A DNA stretch of 64,000 bases from NCBI RefSeq assembly GCF_001194135.2, contig NC_068990.1:63507926-63571925 (forward strand). Reading direction: 5' to 3'. A program made the position numbers and the translations under genes. Below, piece after piece: positions 38,700-52,260 of this stretch. The DNA comes from Octopus bimaculoides. Lineage: Eukaryota. The notes beneath the pieces were generated by a model that made no database searches, was not told where the DNA came from, and saw nothing but the letters and a program-made list of their open reading frames with translations. Positions within the stretch are counted from its first letter, which is position 1; each line of letters opens with the position of its first letter.

Positions 38700-40740
38700 T
38701 TCTCCCTTCTCCCCAACTGCAGTCTATTGTTACCATTCCTCATCATCTTCCCCTTACTGAAGCGGGGCGTTCTCTTCTCAGAAGGGGCCTGCGCTTCATC
38801 TCCCTTACTCCATCCAGTGACGAGTTTCAGTCCTGTGCTGATATGCAATACTTTGTGCTCCGCGTCAGGCTACGTGTACTATTCCACAACACTCCACCTG
38901 CATCTAATGAAAGAGACTGCTTCACCGACGCCGCAAAGATATCGTCATGAGACCGGCCGACAAGGGTGGAGTTATAGTGGTATGGCACGCAGACCTTTTC
39001 AGGGCTGAAACACTCTGTCACCTTCAAGACACCTCCTATTTCCCTCTGCCCTCCAACTTAACGCCTAACTACCAGCAGACTGTGTCCTCCACTATTCATG
39101 ACTCCATTTCCTCCTCCCGTCTCCTTCCGACCGCCTCCAACCTACTTCATTGTCCGTACTCCACGTACCCCCATTATTTATTTCCTTTCCAAAATTCATG
39201 CACCCAATAACCCTGAACCCCCCATCGCTTCCGCCAGCAACTGCCCCACTGAAATGATCTCCAAATACATTGTCCCACTAATGGCTTCCCTTCCCTCACA
39301 CATTCACGACACCAATCAGACTGTTCTATATTTAAGAGATGAGGAATTATTTACATGTAAATAATGTAAATAATGTAAACCAATCAGACTCTCCGTCTGT
39401 TTAACTCATTCCCCTTCGCTTGTGGCCACTCTCAACTTCTGTTCACTCTCAACATTAAATCTTTGTATATGGTGATCCCACACAACGAAGACCTTCTTAC
39501 GCTTAAACACTTCCTTGACCTTCGGCCAGACCCTCAACCTGACACTTCCACACTCCTTCGTTTGACCGAACTTGTCTTCTCCCTCAACTGCTTCTCGTTC
39601 AAAGAAGGGTTTTACCAATAGAATGAGCCCCAACTATGCGAAGCTGTTTGTTGGCTATGTTGTGGCCCAAATATTCCCACAAATCACTGGTCCCACTCCC
39701 GAGCTATACGGTCGTTATATCGATGACCGTATCGGCGTGATTCCATTGTCTCGCGAACATCTGGACACCTTCGTCTCCTTTGTCTAATCCTTCCATCCTG
39801 CCCGCGAATTCTCCTGCACTATCTCTAACTCTTCCATAGAATTTTTCGAGATTTCAGTCAACATACGCCACTCCGACCTCACAACCTCCATCCATTACAA
39901 ACACATTGACACACTCCTACCTTAACTTCTCCAAAACATTAAGCTCTCCATCCCCTACTCCCAATTCCTCCGTCTACACAGGCTCTGCAGTGACGACTAT
40001 GACTTTGAGACACAGTCTTAATTCATGGTTCGCTACTTCAGCCTGCGTGTATAACCCTTCACCATTCTCCACACTGCCCTTGCCCAGGCATGGTCTGTGG
40101 ATTGCCTCTCCTCTTTCTCCTCGCACCCGCCCCACCTTTACCCGTCTCCCGTTTCCCCCACCTACCTCGCCAACTTACCATTCTCTGAGCCTTCCGGCAC
40201 CGCCAGTCCGACCCCTCCACCTCGCACATCTTCCCTAACCTACCCCTTCTCTCCTTCAAACGAGCCCATAACCTGCGTGACCTCCTTGTCCACGCTTTCT
40301 TCCCTACCCCTGCCTTCAAGCCTGCCTCGTTCCCCTGCTCTCACCCAGCCTGTCGCACCTTCCCCTACATCTCCAACACCACCATTCTCACTGGCATCCA
40401 TCATCGTCCCTATCACGTCACCGACTCCTTTACCTGCACTTCTAGTAATGTTATTTACTGCATCCGCTCTTTATGTCCTTCATTCAGCATTGGTCAAAAA
40501 GGACGCCACTTGGCTGACCAGTTCGCGGGGCACCTTCAAAACATCAAACTCGGCAATGACACACCGGTTTCGCGCACTTACGTCCTACTGGTCATTCGCT
40601 GCATCTCTCTGTTTTCGGATTGTCTCGGCACAGGGTCCACCCGGATTCCCACATTCACCGTGAAGAGGAATTAATCTTCTTCCTTCGTTCCTTTGCGCCA
40701 TATGGGCTCAACACACTACCTCTCTTCATATGACACTAAC
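38700..40740 (+). mobile_element. Penelope-like element: RT plus GIY-YIG endonuclease pseudogene, near full length
   Basis: LLRRGLRF..RVRLRVLFHN, RPADKGG, YFLSKIH.PNNP..PIAS, NIKSLY, MSPNYAKLFVG, YGRYIDD (~39705-39726), PYSQFLRL, and FTCTSSNVIYCI...IGQ..RHLADQF.GHL (~40428-40550), EEELIF. A CA-rich 3' region follows to ~41450. Confidence 0.95.
39323..39378. mobile_element. 56-bp insertion with a 12-bp TSD inside the PLE
   Basis: accaatcagact at 39311-39322 and 39379-39390; the first 28 bp are the exact reverse complement of 14181-14208. Confidence 0.9.
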
Positions 40741-42018
40741 CCCACACGGATTCCCACACACTTCCCACATTCAACTGGCCCTTCCTCCTACACGCCTGCA
40801 TACCACCCACCTCAGTACCCTTACCACACACACACCACTATACAAACACCCATTCACACTGTTCAACTCATTACTCACTTCACACACCATTACACACACC
40901 AACAAACACCTTCCCACTCCACACACACGAGCACCAAACACCATTATCCAAACACCCCCACACAACTTCAATGGTTTCACCACACACCAGTATACGAGCC
41001 CACCACACACTGTTTAATTTAATTCAGTACACACACCACACATCATCATGCACACTCCCACACCTACACAATCACACAACACCTGAACACAGGCAATATA
41101 TACACATGCAACACGCATAGACAAAGATAACTTTCGCCCACAAATATACGCTATACACATGCACACTATTTGGTCACAGACACACACACACGCACGCACG
41201 CACGCACACACACACACACACACACACGCACGCACAAATGTGTGCACACACCACGTGAACAAACACATATCAACTGCAACACACTCACACACAGACACAC
41301 CGCACACAGGTGTGCACACACCACGTGAAGAAACACATATCTACTCCATTCCCTAATTCTGGATTTTTATTCCCTTACACAGCAACCCCAGCATATCTAA
41401 CTTCGATATGGAAAAAAATTTACAGCCTTCTACATCAATAAACTACTATTGTTCCTGAGAGTTGTCTTTTATAACTTCTACGGACTGTTCGAAGCTTATT
41501 CGAAGCTTGATCTCTGGCTCTTACCTTTACACACACACACACACACACATACACACACACACACATACACACACACACACATACACACACATACACATAC
41601 ACACACACACACACATACACACACACATACATACACACACATACACACACACACACACATACACACACACATAAATTTATATATACGAGGGGATACTGAT
41701 ACGTTCTTTGCAAAAGGCCTGGTTGAAGGCCTAACCTTAAGAGTTCATTTACAAGGCTCAGAAAAACTGAAGAGACATAATTAATGGAGCCTCCTGTATT
41801 TTTTTACAAAATGCCAGAAACCCCCTTGTGTATATGCGTGTGTGTGTGTGTGTGTGTATTCATTTATTTATTTATCATTTGTTCATTTTGTTATAAACTT
41901 ATAAACTTCATTAGCTTAAAGCTGTTTCTTCTATAACATAAGATGCAATGCATGCTTATATCTATCTATCTATCTATATATCTATCTATCTATTTATCTA
42001 TCTATCTATGAATATATA

Positions 42019-42059
<41 letters not shown>

Positions 42060-42442
42060 GCAGGAGTGACTGATAGTCCAGGAGTGGTTGTGTGGTAAGT
42101 ACCTTGCTTACCAACCACATGGTTCCAGATTCAGTCCCACTGCGTGATACCTTGGGTAAGTATCTTCTACTATAGCCTCGAGCCGACCAAAGCCTTGTGA
42201 GTGGATTTAGTAGATGGAATATTATAGAAACCCGTCGTATGTATATATATGAGTGTGTGTTCGATATCACTTGACAACCAATGCTGATGTGTTTATGTCC
42301 CCGTAACTTAGTGATTCGGCAAGAGACTAATCGATTAAGTACTAGGATCACAAAGAATAAGTCCTGGGTCGATTTGCTCGACTAAAGGTGGTACTCCAGC
42401 ATGGCCGCATTCAAATGACTGGAAGTAAAAGAATGAAAGAAT
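42060..42442 (+). mobile_element. tRNA-derived SINE family 4 (caggagtggctgtgtggtaag... head; probably one of the described octopus OK/OR-type SINEs)
   Basis: Head caggagtggttgtgtggtaagtaccttgcttaccaaccacatggttcc, internal (TG)n, and 3' end ctccagcatggccgc..aaatgactggaagtaaaagaat. Homologous to 43546-43941 and 47506-47980. Confidence 0.92.
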
Positions 42443-43204
42443 ATATATACATACGTATATACTATATGCATATATAATATACCATATATTTTTGTATGTA
42501 TACGTCCATGCATACATAAATGCATTCACACGTACGTGTTCATATATATNNNNNNNNNNNNNNNNNNNNNNNNNNNNNNNNNNNNNNNNNNNNNNNNNNN
42601 NNNNNNNNNNNNNNNNNNNNNNNNNNNNNNNNNTATATATATATATATATATCGTTTTAATATGCAAGGAAATGTTCATAACTTCCGCCTGAAATTTTCT
42701 ACCATTAACAATATCAAAGTTATCCGAAAAGCAAAAACTGAAGTGATCTGATAACGTGACACATCCAAATTAGTGCAAAGGAATGCATTTAATACTTCTC
42801 TCAAGTATGCATTAGGCTAAAAAATGTATGCGGAACAACCCAACTGCATACTTCATATGGTGTTCATATATCCGTGTGTAAACGATGTGTTTGTTTGTAT
42901 ATGTAATTTCTCGCAATATCTGTATTAATTTTGAAAAATATGTAGACTCTGCAATACGAAGGGAAAAATATGGTAACATTCAACAAGAATTAATCTTCGC
43001 ATTGTAGTGCATAAAAAAGGTCCATATATCTCCATTCGTGTGTATGCATACACAGTGCTTGCACAAAACATGCTGCATATTCTATTTACTAAACTCACCA
43101 ATCCTCAAAACATTTAAAATAAACTTATAATAATTCTTCTTTCTTTTTAACTTTTCAACTTTTCTCCTCTTTGTAGAAATTATAACTTTCAAAAGTCCCA
43201 ATAA

Positions 43205-43336
43205 CCTTTCCTGCAGTAGGCACTAGTCCTGACATTTTTTAAGCTGGGGGCTAGTCGATTATATCGACTCCAGCGCTCAACTGGTATTTATTGTATCGAT
43301 GGCATGCTTATAAATTCTGCCAGCTCACCGCCTTCA
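43205..43336 (-). mobile_element. SINE family 1 with internal deletion
   Basis: Reverse complement: aaggcggtgagctggcagaat...aaataccagttgagcgctggagtcgat..aatgtcaggactagtgcct. Confidence 0.8.
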
Positions 43337-43545
43337 GAAGTTCAATAATGAATCGCCCTTTTCTCATGACTTGATGGCTTCATTTATTCCCAGCATTAGT
43401 TCTGAAGGGGAGAGAATCCATGTCTTTTGAAAATAACTTGATAATTCAATAACTTGCGTAGACTATTTCGCCATATTATAAACATGTTACATTCTACAAT
43501 ACTGCTTTATTCAATATTACAAGTTGAATATTCTTCTGTGCATGT

Positions 43546-43941
43546 ACTCTTTTACTTGTTTCAGTCATTTAACTGCGGCCATGCTGGAGCACCGCCTTTA
43601 ATCGACCCCAGGACTTATTCTTTGGAAGCCTAGTACTTATTCTATCGGTCACTTTTGCCGAAACGCTAAGTTACGGGGACGTAAACACGCCAGCACCGGT
43701 TGTCAAGCGATGTTGGGGGAAACACAGACACACAAGCATATACACATGCATACATACATATATATATATATATACATATATACAACGGGCTTCTTTCAGT
43801 TTCCGTCTGCCAAATCCACTCACATGGCTTTGGTCGGCCCGAGGCTATAGTAGAAGACACTTGCCCAAGGTACCACGGAGTGGGATTGAACCCGGAACCA
43901 TGTGGTTGGTAAGCAAGCTACTTACCACACAGCCCACCCTG
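43546..43941 (-). mobile_element. Full-length SINE family 4
   Basis: Reverse complement is collinear with 42060-42442 from head to tail. Confidence 0.93.
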
Positions 43942-44159
43942 TACGTAAATATTTATGAATGTTTACTTGGGTGTTTGGAGATACATACATATATCTAAGT
44001 GTATTTAATGTCATCTGTGAAATAACTTTATAGCATGCCTTACAAAGCTCCTGTACAGGTATCGACAATATGCTATCATACAACCGGAATTCTCTTTTCA
44101 TTGTATATACACGTGGAAATCAATTAATATCTGCAGAATTCATACAAAAAGAATATAAT

Positions 44160-45780
44160 ATAAGATAGAATGAACTGGTTTTAATCCAAATCGCTACAAT
44201 TGTTTCAGCGATCCATTATTAGTTGATAATTTATTAGCGTTTCACATGTTATATACATTGTTGCATTGATATGATCCAATAATAGCTGTGATCCTGCACG
44301 TGTTCAACTGAGTGCGTTCTAGAGCACTACTGCATCACCAATAGTTTCCCATTGATTTTTGCGTAAATGAAGTATTGATATAACTTTAAATATCACATAT
44401 TCTTTCGAAACTACAGAAACGAGCTTTTAATTCTATGAGTACATTTTAAAATAATTTCTGGGGGAATAATATTATTTCTAGTGTCTCTTCCAGGAAAAAG
44501 TTACATGCTTTTGAGTATGTGCTATACGGATAGGCATTTCGTACCACTGTCCAAATTGTGATGTATTGTATCATTTTTTGTTTGAGGTCCCATATAAGTT
44601 CTGCGAGTGATATGCATTTCTTCTTGCAGTTGTTTCTAAATTATGTTGCATGGTTCTTATAGTGATTCTTGTAACTATCGGTCGTTGCACCAAATTATGC
44701 ATATTCATGTGCACTTGTTCTTACAATGCATCTGTATACAATGGTTTTTATATAGGAACTCGTTTGCCAAGGGACATTCTTTCTTAACTATACAGTTGCA
44801 TTTTTATATCACTATTTGGAGTCAGGTTAGCCCTTGTATTTGTTTCCATGTCTTTCTAACTAGTGGTGTTGTTATTGTATCATTGTTACTATTTTTATTT
44901 TCATTGTACCCATCACTGTCACTGTCACTGATATTGATATTAATGGTTTTGGCATTCTTGTTGCTACCCATATTATGTCTGCTAAATTTTGATATTTCCG
45001 CTTATACTAGGATCAACTGGACTACCATTATTTTGCCCACCACTATTATAGTTTTCCCTACTTCCTTGATCAACTCTATTCTGGACGATATTTTTAGGAT
45101 TTGCTTCCTATTGTTAAGTTTATGAATATAGTATTCGAGGACATTTGACGTTGCATAGGACAGATTCATCATATGCCTGTTAAAAAATTCATAGTATCTA
45201 CTTCATTTAGGGAAATGTCTATCTCATGCGAAGAAAATTCTCTAGCAAATTTAGATGCTACGTATAATCCGAATACCGGCTTAAACCATAAGATGCTACT
45301 TTTATTAGATTTATTATTAGGTTTAATGTAATGGTTAAAGTACTTGGTGGAGTTATCCAGATTGAAATTAAAGGATACTCTTTTATTTCTATTTACGATA
45401 TCACCCCTTCGATATTCATTACTCTTTGTATTTATATTTATTCCATTAATTGGCTTTGATTTTAAGTTTATACCGTTCTCTTCCACGAAACTAACCCTAA
45501 AATTTGCATATTCTTTAAGTACACTAGCACACCCACCTCTATACATGTTGACTTTCTTCACTTTTTTTCATTTTCATATTGGTTAGCTATACTATTGTTA
45601 GGTGTATATTTAAGTTTTTCCATTGTATCCAGCACTGGTCAATGCTGCATTGTAATAAACTGCGTGTGAATTAAATATTGCTTCACTTGCAGAGAGCCTG
45701 GAAATTCTATTCAACACACTTTTTACTAAGCATTTTAATACTGAAGGTGGATGATTCTGTAGATATGTCAAAAATTAATT
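44160..45780 (-). mobile_element. Penelope-like element 3' half: RT thumb, Asn-rich linker, GIY-YIG endonuclease and tail
   Basis: Minus frames give NHPPSVLKCLVKSVLNRISRLSASEAIFN...AGY (~45620-45740), ILWFKPVF, CNCIVKKECPL and ELIWDLKQK. A decayed hammerhead-like ctaataa..gaaacaattgta lies at 44195-44222. Confidence 0.82.
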
Positions 45781-47505
45781 AAAATCACATCCGTAATAGA
45801 CAGAAATATCATTAGTTTTATGTAAAAATTGTGTTACGTTGTCTCAGTCATGTGAGGGAGACCCTACAAGCTCAGATGATAAGCTAGAAATGGCAACAAA
45901 ACCTTCTAATCACAGTATAAAATAAACAAAGGAAATATCACATAATCCATTCCTGTAAAGGACGGATTATCGCAACAGATAAGCTATGATTATAGGTCCG
46001 CTTAATTAGGTCCGGTTTAGGATTAAATAATTATAACAACATCTATTGTACAGCTTCTTCGTTTCCTGTGTTTGTGCAGTTATATTCCCACTACTTTGTG
46101 ACTTTAATTATCTTATATGGTACAGTATTTCACAAATCTGCTTACACCATTCCTCTACACCCGAGCACTGCCGAGGTCAGCTTTGCATTGATGATTTTAT
46201 GTAACACTGCTTCAGCAAGGTTATGATCAAGTGCATTCCAATTATGGTATTATGTTTTAATATTGTGCATATCATATCATGTGCGCATGAATATTATAAC
46301 CAGTGTATCCTGCTATAAAAATGTGAGATGTAATTTGAAAATTATTTGTCTGCGTGTTCTAGCAGGTCAAGTGACCACATAGGGGTTCCTATTATTTTAT
46401 AGCACTGAATACTGGTAACTTTATTGAATATAAACATTTATCCTTGAGAAAAAAAAGCTCGCATTTTAACTAAAATGTGACGAAATCCATCAAATAAGGC
46501 CTCAAATTTTGTGAACCAATCTCGCTTCTGATTTGAAACAACATCATTGTAATTCGCATTAATAGCTTTCTCAAAACTATGAACATCACATCCTTTCTAT
46601 CTTCCCTAAAACTGTTACCCTGTGAGGTGTTAAATATAAAATTATTATTATTGGTGTCATTAAAATCAGAAACAAATACACGCACACACGTGCACAATGC
46701 GATTCACCTACATACAAGGATATCTTTCACATGCACAAATACGTTCAACAGGCACCAGTATCATTTAATATTCAAAAATACAAGTTTTGACAAGTGATAT
46801 TCTTATATTTTTAGTTCATCTTAAAAATCAAATTAAATATATTCAACTTTCTTCAAAACGTATCTATCATTCTGATAATTATTTGATGAATACGTTTAGC
46901 AACTGGGTTCGACAATAAATTAATTAGTATGTAATGATAAATCCTCTATCAATCTGCTTATCTGAAAAATGTTTAAAGCTAAAGAAGTTTTCCATAATCT
47001 GAAAAGGCATTGGTAAAATTAATGGGATTATTTATATGTTCCCGGGTTATCTCAAGCTTGTTAGATTCAATTGAAATCTTAATGATGAAAAGAAATTATC
47101 AAAAGACTCGCTTAGTATTGGATGCTGGGGGTTAATTTCCTGTTATCTTCAAAAGCTTTACATAACCAATTTTGTGTAATTCTATCAGTGTAAAGAAAAA
47201 GACGATAAAAAGTTCCTAAGGTGCCTGAAGAAAGGTTTTCAGTGATAAAACTGCTATAAAATAGTGTATAGATCGGTTTCGATCTTCCACTCGAATCATT
47301 AATCGCTTTGAGTATAGCGTGACTTTCGTACTCATTATCATTTTAAAAAAATAATAATAATAAAGCTGAAGTGAATAATAATAAAGCTATAGTGCGTGTG
47401 TTTAATTAGCAAAATATGACCTTCCTCAAGTATAACAGTAAATGTTTTAGATTTTAGTTAATGAAACTTTATAGAATGATTGTTATATTTATCCACAATA
47501 CATAA

Positions 47506-47659
47506 GCGCAGGAGTGGATATGTGGTAAGAAGCTTGCTTCCTAACCACATGGTTTCAGTCCCACTGCATGTCACCGTGGGCAGGTATTTCTACAACAGCC
47601 TCGGACCAACCAAAGCCTTATGAGTGGATTTGGTAGACAGAAACTGAAAGAAGCCCGTC

Positions 47660-47758
<99 letters not shown>

Positions 47759-47980
47759 TGTGCGTGTGTGCGTATGTGTGTGTGCGTGCGTGTGTTTGTG
47801 TTTGTGTTTGTCCCCTACCATCACTTGACAACCGATGTTGGTGTATTTACATGCCTGTAACTTACCAGGCTTTAAAAAAAATAAGTACTTGACTTGATTC
47901 ATTCGACTAGAATTCTTCAAGGCAGTGTCTCAGTATGGCTGCAGTCTTGTGACCGAAACAAATAAAAGATGAATGATAAA
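47506..47980 (+). mobile_element. SINE family 4 with expanded internal (TG)n
   Basis: Head gcgcaggagtggatatgtggtaagaagcttgcttcctaaccacatgg; (TG)n at 47665-47760; tail gaccgaaacaaataaaagat. Confidence 0.92.
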
Positions 47981-48673
47981 ATATTACGTATATTTATAAT
48001 TCAAAATGGCTACCTTTTGCTTTCACCATCGCCTTTAATCTTTTCTCATTTAAATAATGGGTAAATTAATAAGTAAGCGTAAATGTCACATTTGGTAGAT
48101 AGCCGTGTATAGGCAACCAGATATCAACACCCATTAAATCTCGATCCCGTGACTCGGCCGAAATTCAAAGATGTGACAGCTTGTGAGAGAGAGGATTACA
48201 TCCAAATACTTAGGCTAGTACATCTTTTTTTTTTTTCAGTCCCGAAGAGACGAAAGAAAATGCCGCCTTTGGTATGTCCGAAGTCCCAAACACGATAAGG
48301 AAACTAACAATTCTTTCTATTGGTGACTCTTTACACTGTCTATAATATATTCCAGATCCCAATAAAATGTTGACATTCTCCACCACCACCACCACCTAAC
48401 TTTTTTTCTAAACTACCGTAGTTTGCAGGCAGAATCATACAATCACTGTTGCAATCTATCAGGTGATACGTATGGAGTGATAACATATATACAAGGCGCA
48501 GTCTAGGCCTTCCCTAGGAATCGCTCAACATACGGTAACGAATACATATGCACACCGACTATCTAATTTAACACACACTCACACACACACAAACAAACAC
48601 ACTAAGGTCGGAGTGCACACTTACGATAGTAACTAATTTAGCACACAGATAGACACACACAAACGTGCGCGCG

Positions 48674-48730
<57 letters not shown>

Positions 48731-48949
48731 TGAGCTGGCGGTGCATTTAATACGATTTTGGTTGATTCTATATCAGTAACATTGTTCATATAAAACTGCA
48801 CATCAGTGTTAAGGAGCGCATTCAGAGAAGTGCTTCTTCTAAAACAGCATTTCATGACATTATGGTTACTTTCATTGACATAGAAGAAAATATTGGGAGA
48901 TTGAAGGGCTATTCTTATCACCATTTTTATCAAATCTCCCATCTTCTAA

Positions 48950-49150
48950 TTGTTTCGGCCATTGGACCGCAGCCACGCTGGGGAACCGCTTTGAAGGGGT
49001 TTAATCAGACAGATTGACCCTACTACTTATTTTTCTTATGTCCGGTACTTATTATGTCGTCTCCTTTGTTCAACCGCTAATTCACAGGAACATAAAGAAG
49101 ACAACACTGGTTGTCAAGCAATAGAGGATGACAAACACAAATACAAACAC
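48950..49150 (-). mobile_element. SINE family 4 3' half
   Basis: tgtttcggccattggaccgcagccacgctgggg...ggttgtcaagc is collinear with 43558-43720. Confidence 0.8.
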
Positions 49151-49189
49151 ACACAGATATGCACATATATATATATATATTTCATCAAA

Positions 49190-49830
49190 AATACACAAAA
49201 GTACAGGACATCACCAGCGAGCGAAAAATACGTAAACACACGAGAGAGAAGTACAAGACAAATACAAAAAGGATACACATTACGGACAGAATATCAGCAA
49301 CGAGTGAGAAATACGTAAATATACAGAGATAAGTACAGGACAAAATACCAAAGGAAGTCTAACTCCTCCTCAGTTGTCGACTGTTTATTACTACCTGTTT
49401 CGAGCTTTCAACGACAAGACAAGAAAACTTAATAAGACAGCAATATCCAGAAATTTTAACAATATAAAATTTATGGAGAGTTAAGGTTTCAAACGAACAA
49501 ACGACACCAAAGTGGACATACAGAGTAAACAATCGACAAAGACAGATATTAAGGGCCGTTAGTCCAAAACGAATTGTAATGGGTAATGCTGGGGAGCAAT
49601 TTTGAAATGATATAGAATAAATAGAAGAGAAAAATAGTAGAAGTGAACAAAATAGTAGGAGAGAAAAATAGAAAAGAAAAACTATCGAGAGGTGACAGAA
49701 ATTACGTCCAACTGGCTGAACATCCCATCCAAAAAGAGACGGGAAAATGGCTTGTAGTCACGTGTGATCAACAGGCAGAGGGGAAAGAGGACAAGAGAGA
49801 GGAGAAGGGAAAGAAACGAAGGCAATAGGC
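49190..49830 (-). mobile_element. Non-coding 3' module of a PLE-like repeat (homolog of 30136-30850)
   Basis: Shared blocks with 30470-30850 and two tandem copies of the 30136-30220 module. Confidence 0.7.
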
Positions 49831-50983
49831 TGGGGAGAGTTATTCTCTTTTATTGCTTTGTTATTTAACACACTCACCGGGAGCATGGGAGCGAACCCCT
49901 ACCATCTAGCGATTTTTAACTCTCATGAAGTATACTACTTTACTCTCGTACTAGTTTCAGTCAAGATGAGGCATCGCCTTAAAGGATTAATCGGTCATTT
50001 CAACCCCAAAGATTAAATAGTCTAACTTTTATCCTTCTCTATACTTCGAGTAGCTACCATATGTTCATGTAATTATAATTAAACGATATAATAACCTTAA
50101 ATTAGGCGACTTTCATCCTTTTTAACTGATTACCCATAAATGCTACAACAGCCTACCTTCTTCCTCCTCCTTCTCATTCTCATCGTCCTCCTCCCCCTCC
50201 TCCTCCTCATCATCATCTTTTGTGTTTTTTTTTTGTCTTGCTCTGCTGTCTCTTTAAAAGGTGCATAATGTGAGAAGTGATTTATCTAAGACATGTTGCT
50301 CATAATGGAATACAAACTTGTAGATTTTTCAGGGAAGACATCGGCATGATATGCCTAATGCAACATCACCAAAAGTACCGTGTTTCTATAGTGATCAAAT
50401 TAAGTAAACTCCATTATACCAAAAGTATTTTCTTCTAAAACAGCGATTCATAAACAATATATTTGAAATATAGCTTGATTTTTTTTTATCAATTGTTACA
50501 ACAAACGGCCATTTATTGAACACGATGGATTAAATAAACCAGATAATTTAAACCGGCAATGTAAGCCTGCAAGTTAATAGGTTGTAATCCTTGAGTCTAC
50601 AAATTAACCTTTGTTTAATATTTTCACCTTTTTAAATCTGGTTTCTGCTCTGTGATTGTAGTAAAGAATAGTTTATTTGACGAAAAGAAAAAATAACAGT
50701 TCTATGTTTCATTTCCATTCTTAATGAAGCTTCTACGGTGAAGCACCCTTGCTGTTGTCGACCTACAAGAAATAACTGGCAAATTTCCTCTTCAATCACA
50801 ATCTTGCCCTATTAAAATAGAAAAGATACATTAATGTAAACCGATAAACATGAAACTGAAATAAAGACTGGATAAAATTCCTTTTTAATTCGGCCTGGCA
50901 AAGGATTAAACAATAAAAATCCTAACGACGACGTATTGAAACATTTGCGTAACATGTCGACTTTTTGAATAGCATTCAAAAAG

Positions 50984-51200
50984 TAAGGCAGCGATCTGGC
51001 AGAATTATTAGCACGCCGGCTGAATTGCTTAGAGATATTTCGTCTGCCTTTACGTTCTGAGTTCAAATTCCGCCGAGGTCGACCTTGCCTTGCATCCTTT
51101 CGGGGTCGATAAATTAAGTACCAGTACTGGGGTCGATCTAATCGACTGCTGCACGCCAAACAAATTTCGGGCCTTGTGTCTAGAGTAGAGTAGAAAAGAA
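50984..51200 (+). mobile_element. SINE family 1, type A
   Basis: aaggcagcgatctggcagaattattagcacgcc...catcctttcggggtcgataaattaagtaccag...aaatttcgggccttgtg. Confidence 0.92.
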
Positions 51201-51473
51201 AAGAATATCATTCAAAGTGTGTCTCTCTGTTCAAAATACTACAAAGACAGCTTTAAATCCTATTATCATTATACTGGTAATACACTTTATTTTCACATCT
51301 TATCACTTCTTTCTTGGTCCCTTTTCCTCTCTTGCCATTCGTTATTAGTCTGTGCATTGTAGGAACAATTGTGCCGACTATCTTCTCTCCTGTTTTCTTT
51401 TGCACATATATTTTACTTTTACAGCGTCATTTCATTTTATGCATTCTATTTTCTATAATTCACTTCTCTTCCC

Positions 51474-51509
<36 letters not shown>

Positions 51510-52029
51510 TTTTCTCCCTAATTGCAATTATGTTTACCTATCCATTCCATTTACATATTTATTTATCAACTTGTCAAGGTTCTTGTTTGAATTACTTGAA
51601 CAAGCTATGTAATTAGATTTATTTATCTCTTTTATTTAATTACTACACTTCGCTAATTTCGCTTTCAAAATAAATTTATTTTTATTTTTCAAATGATTTT
51701 TTGAAGTTTTTAAATCATTTTAAGTTCGCAAAAAATATTCTTAATTTAATCAGCAACAATATGTTTTTTTGTGAATTTCATTACTTTGATTTCTCGCTTT
51801 TTAGATTTCTCCAAATGAAATATTAACAACCTCTGTATTTTCCGAATATCCTTCAATATTTTCTGTTTGTTAACGCTTATGCTTTTATGTTTATTTTTGT
51901 CTTTGTTTATATATGTATTTATTTCTTTGTGTTTATATACATTTTTGTAATTTATGTATATGTATGTTTACGTAGTCTTATCTATGCTTAAATATGTTTA
52001 TATATGTTTACATTTATCTATGTTTTTGC

Positions 52030-52260
52030 TCATGTTTACCTGTTTACTAGTTTTAGCTATGGCAGTGAAACCATGCTGGAACCTCACCGTGTAGAGATAG
52101 TCAGCAAAATCAATACCAATACTTATTTCAAATCTGGTTCTTACCCTATCGGTTCTGTTGCCGAAGTGCTTTGTAAAAGGGGCAGAAACACACCAACACT
52201 GATTTTCAATGATTGGAGGACGAGCACAAATACAATGACATGCGTGCACGCACACACACA
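52030..52260 (-). mobile_element. SINE family 4 3' half
   Basis: ccatgctggaacctcaccg..tacttatt..ctatcggttctgttgccgaagtgct. Confidence 0.75.
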
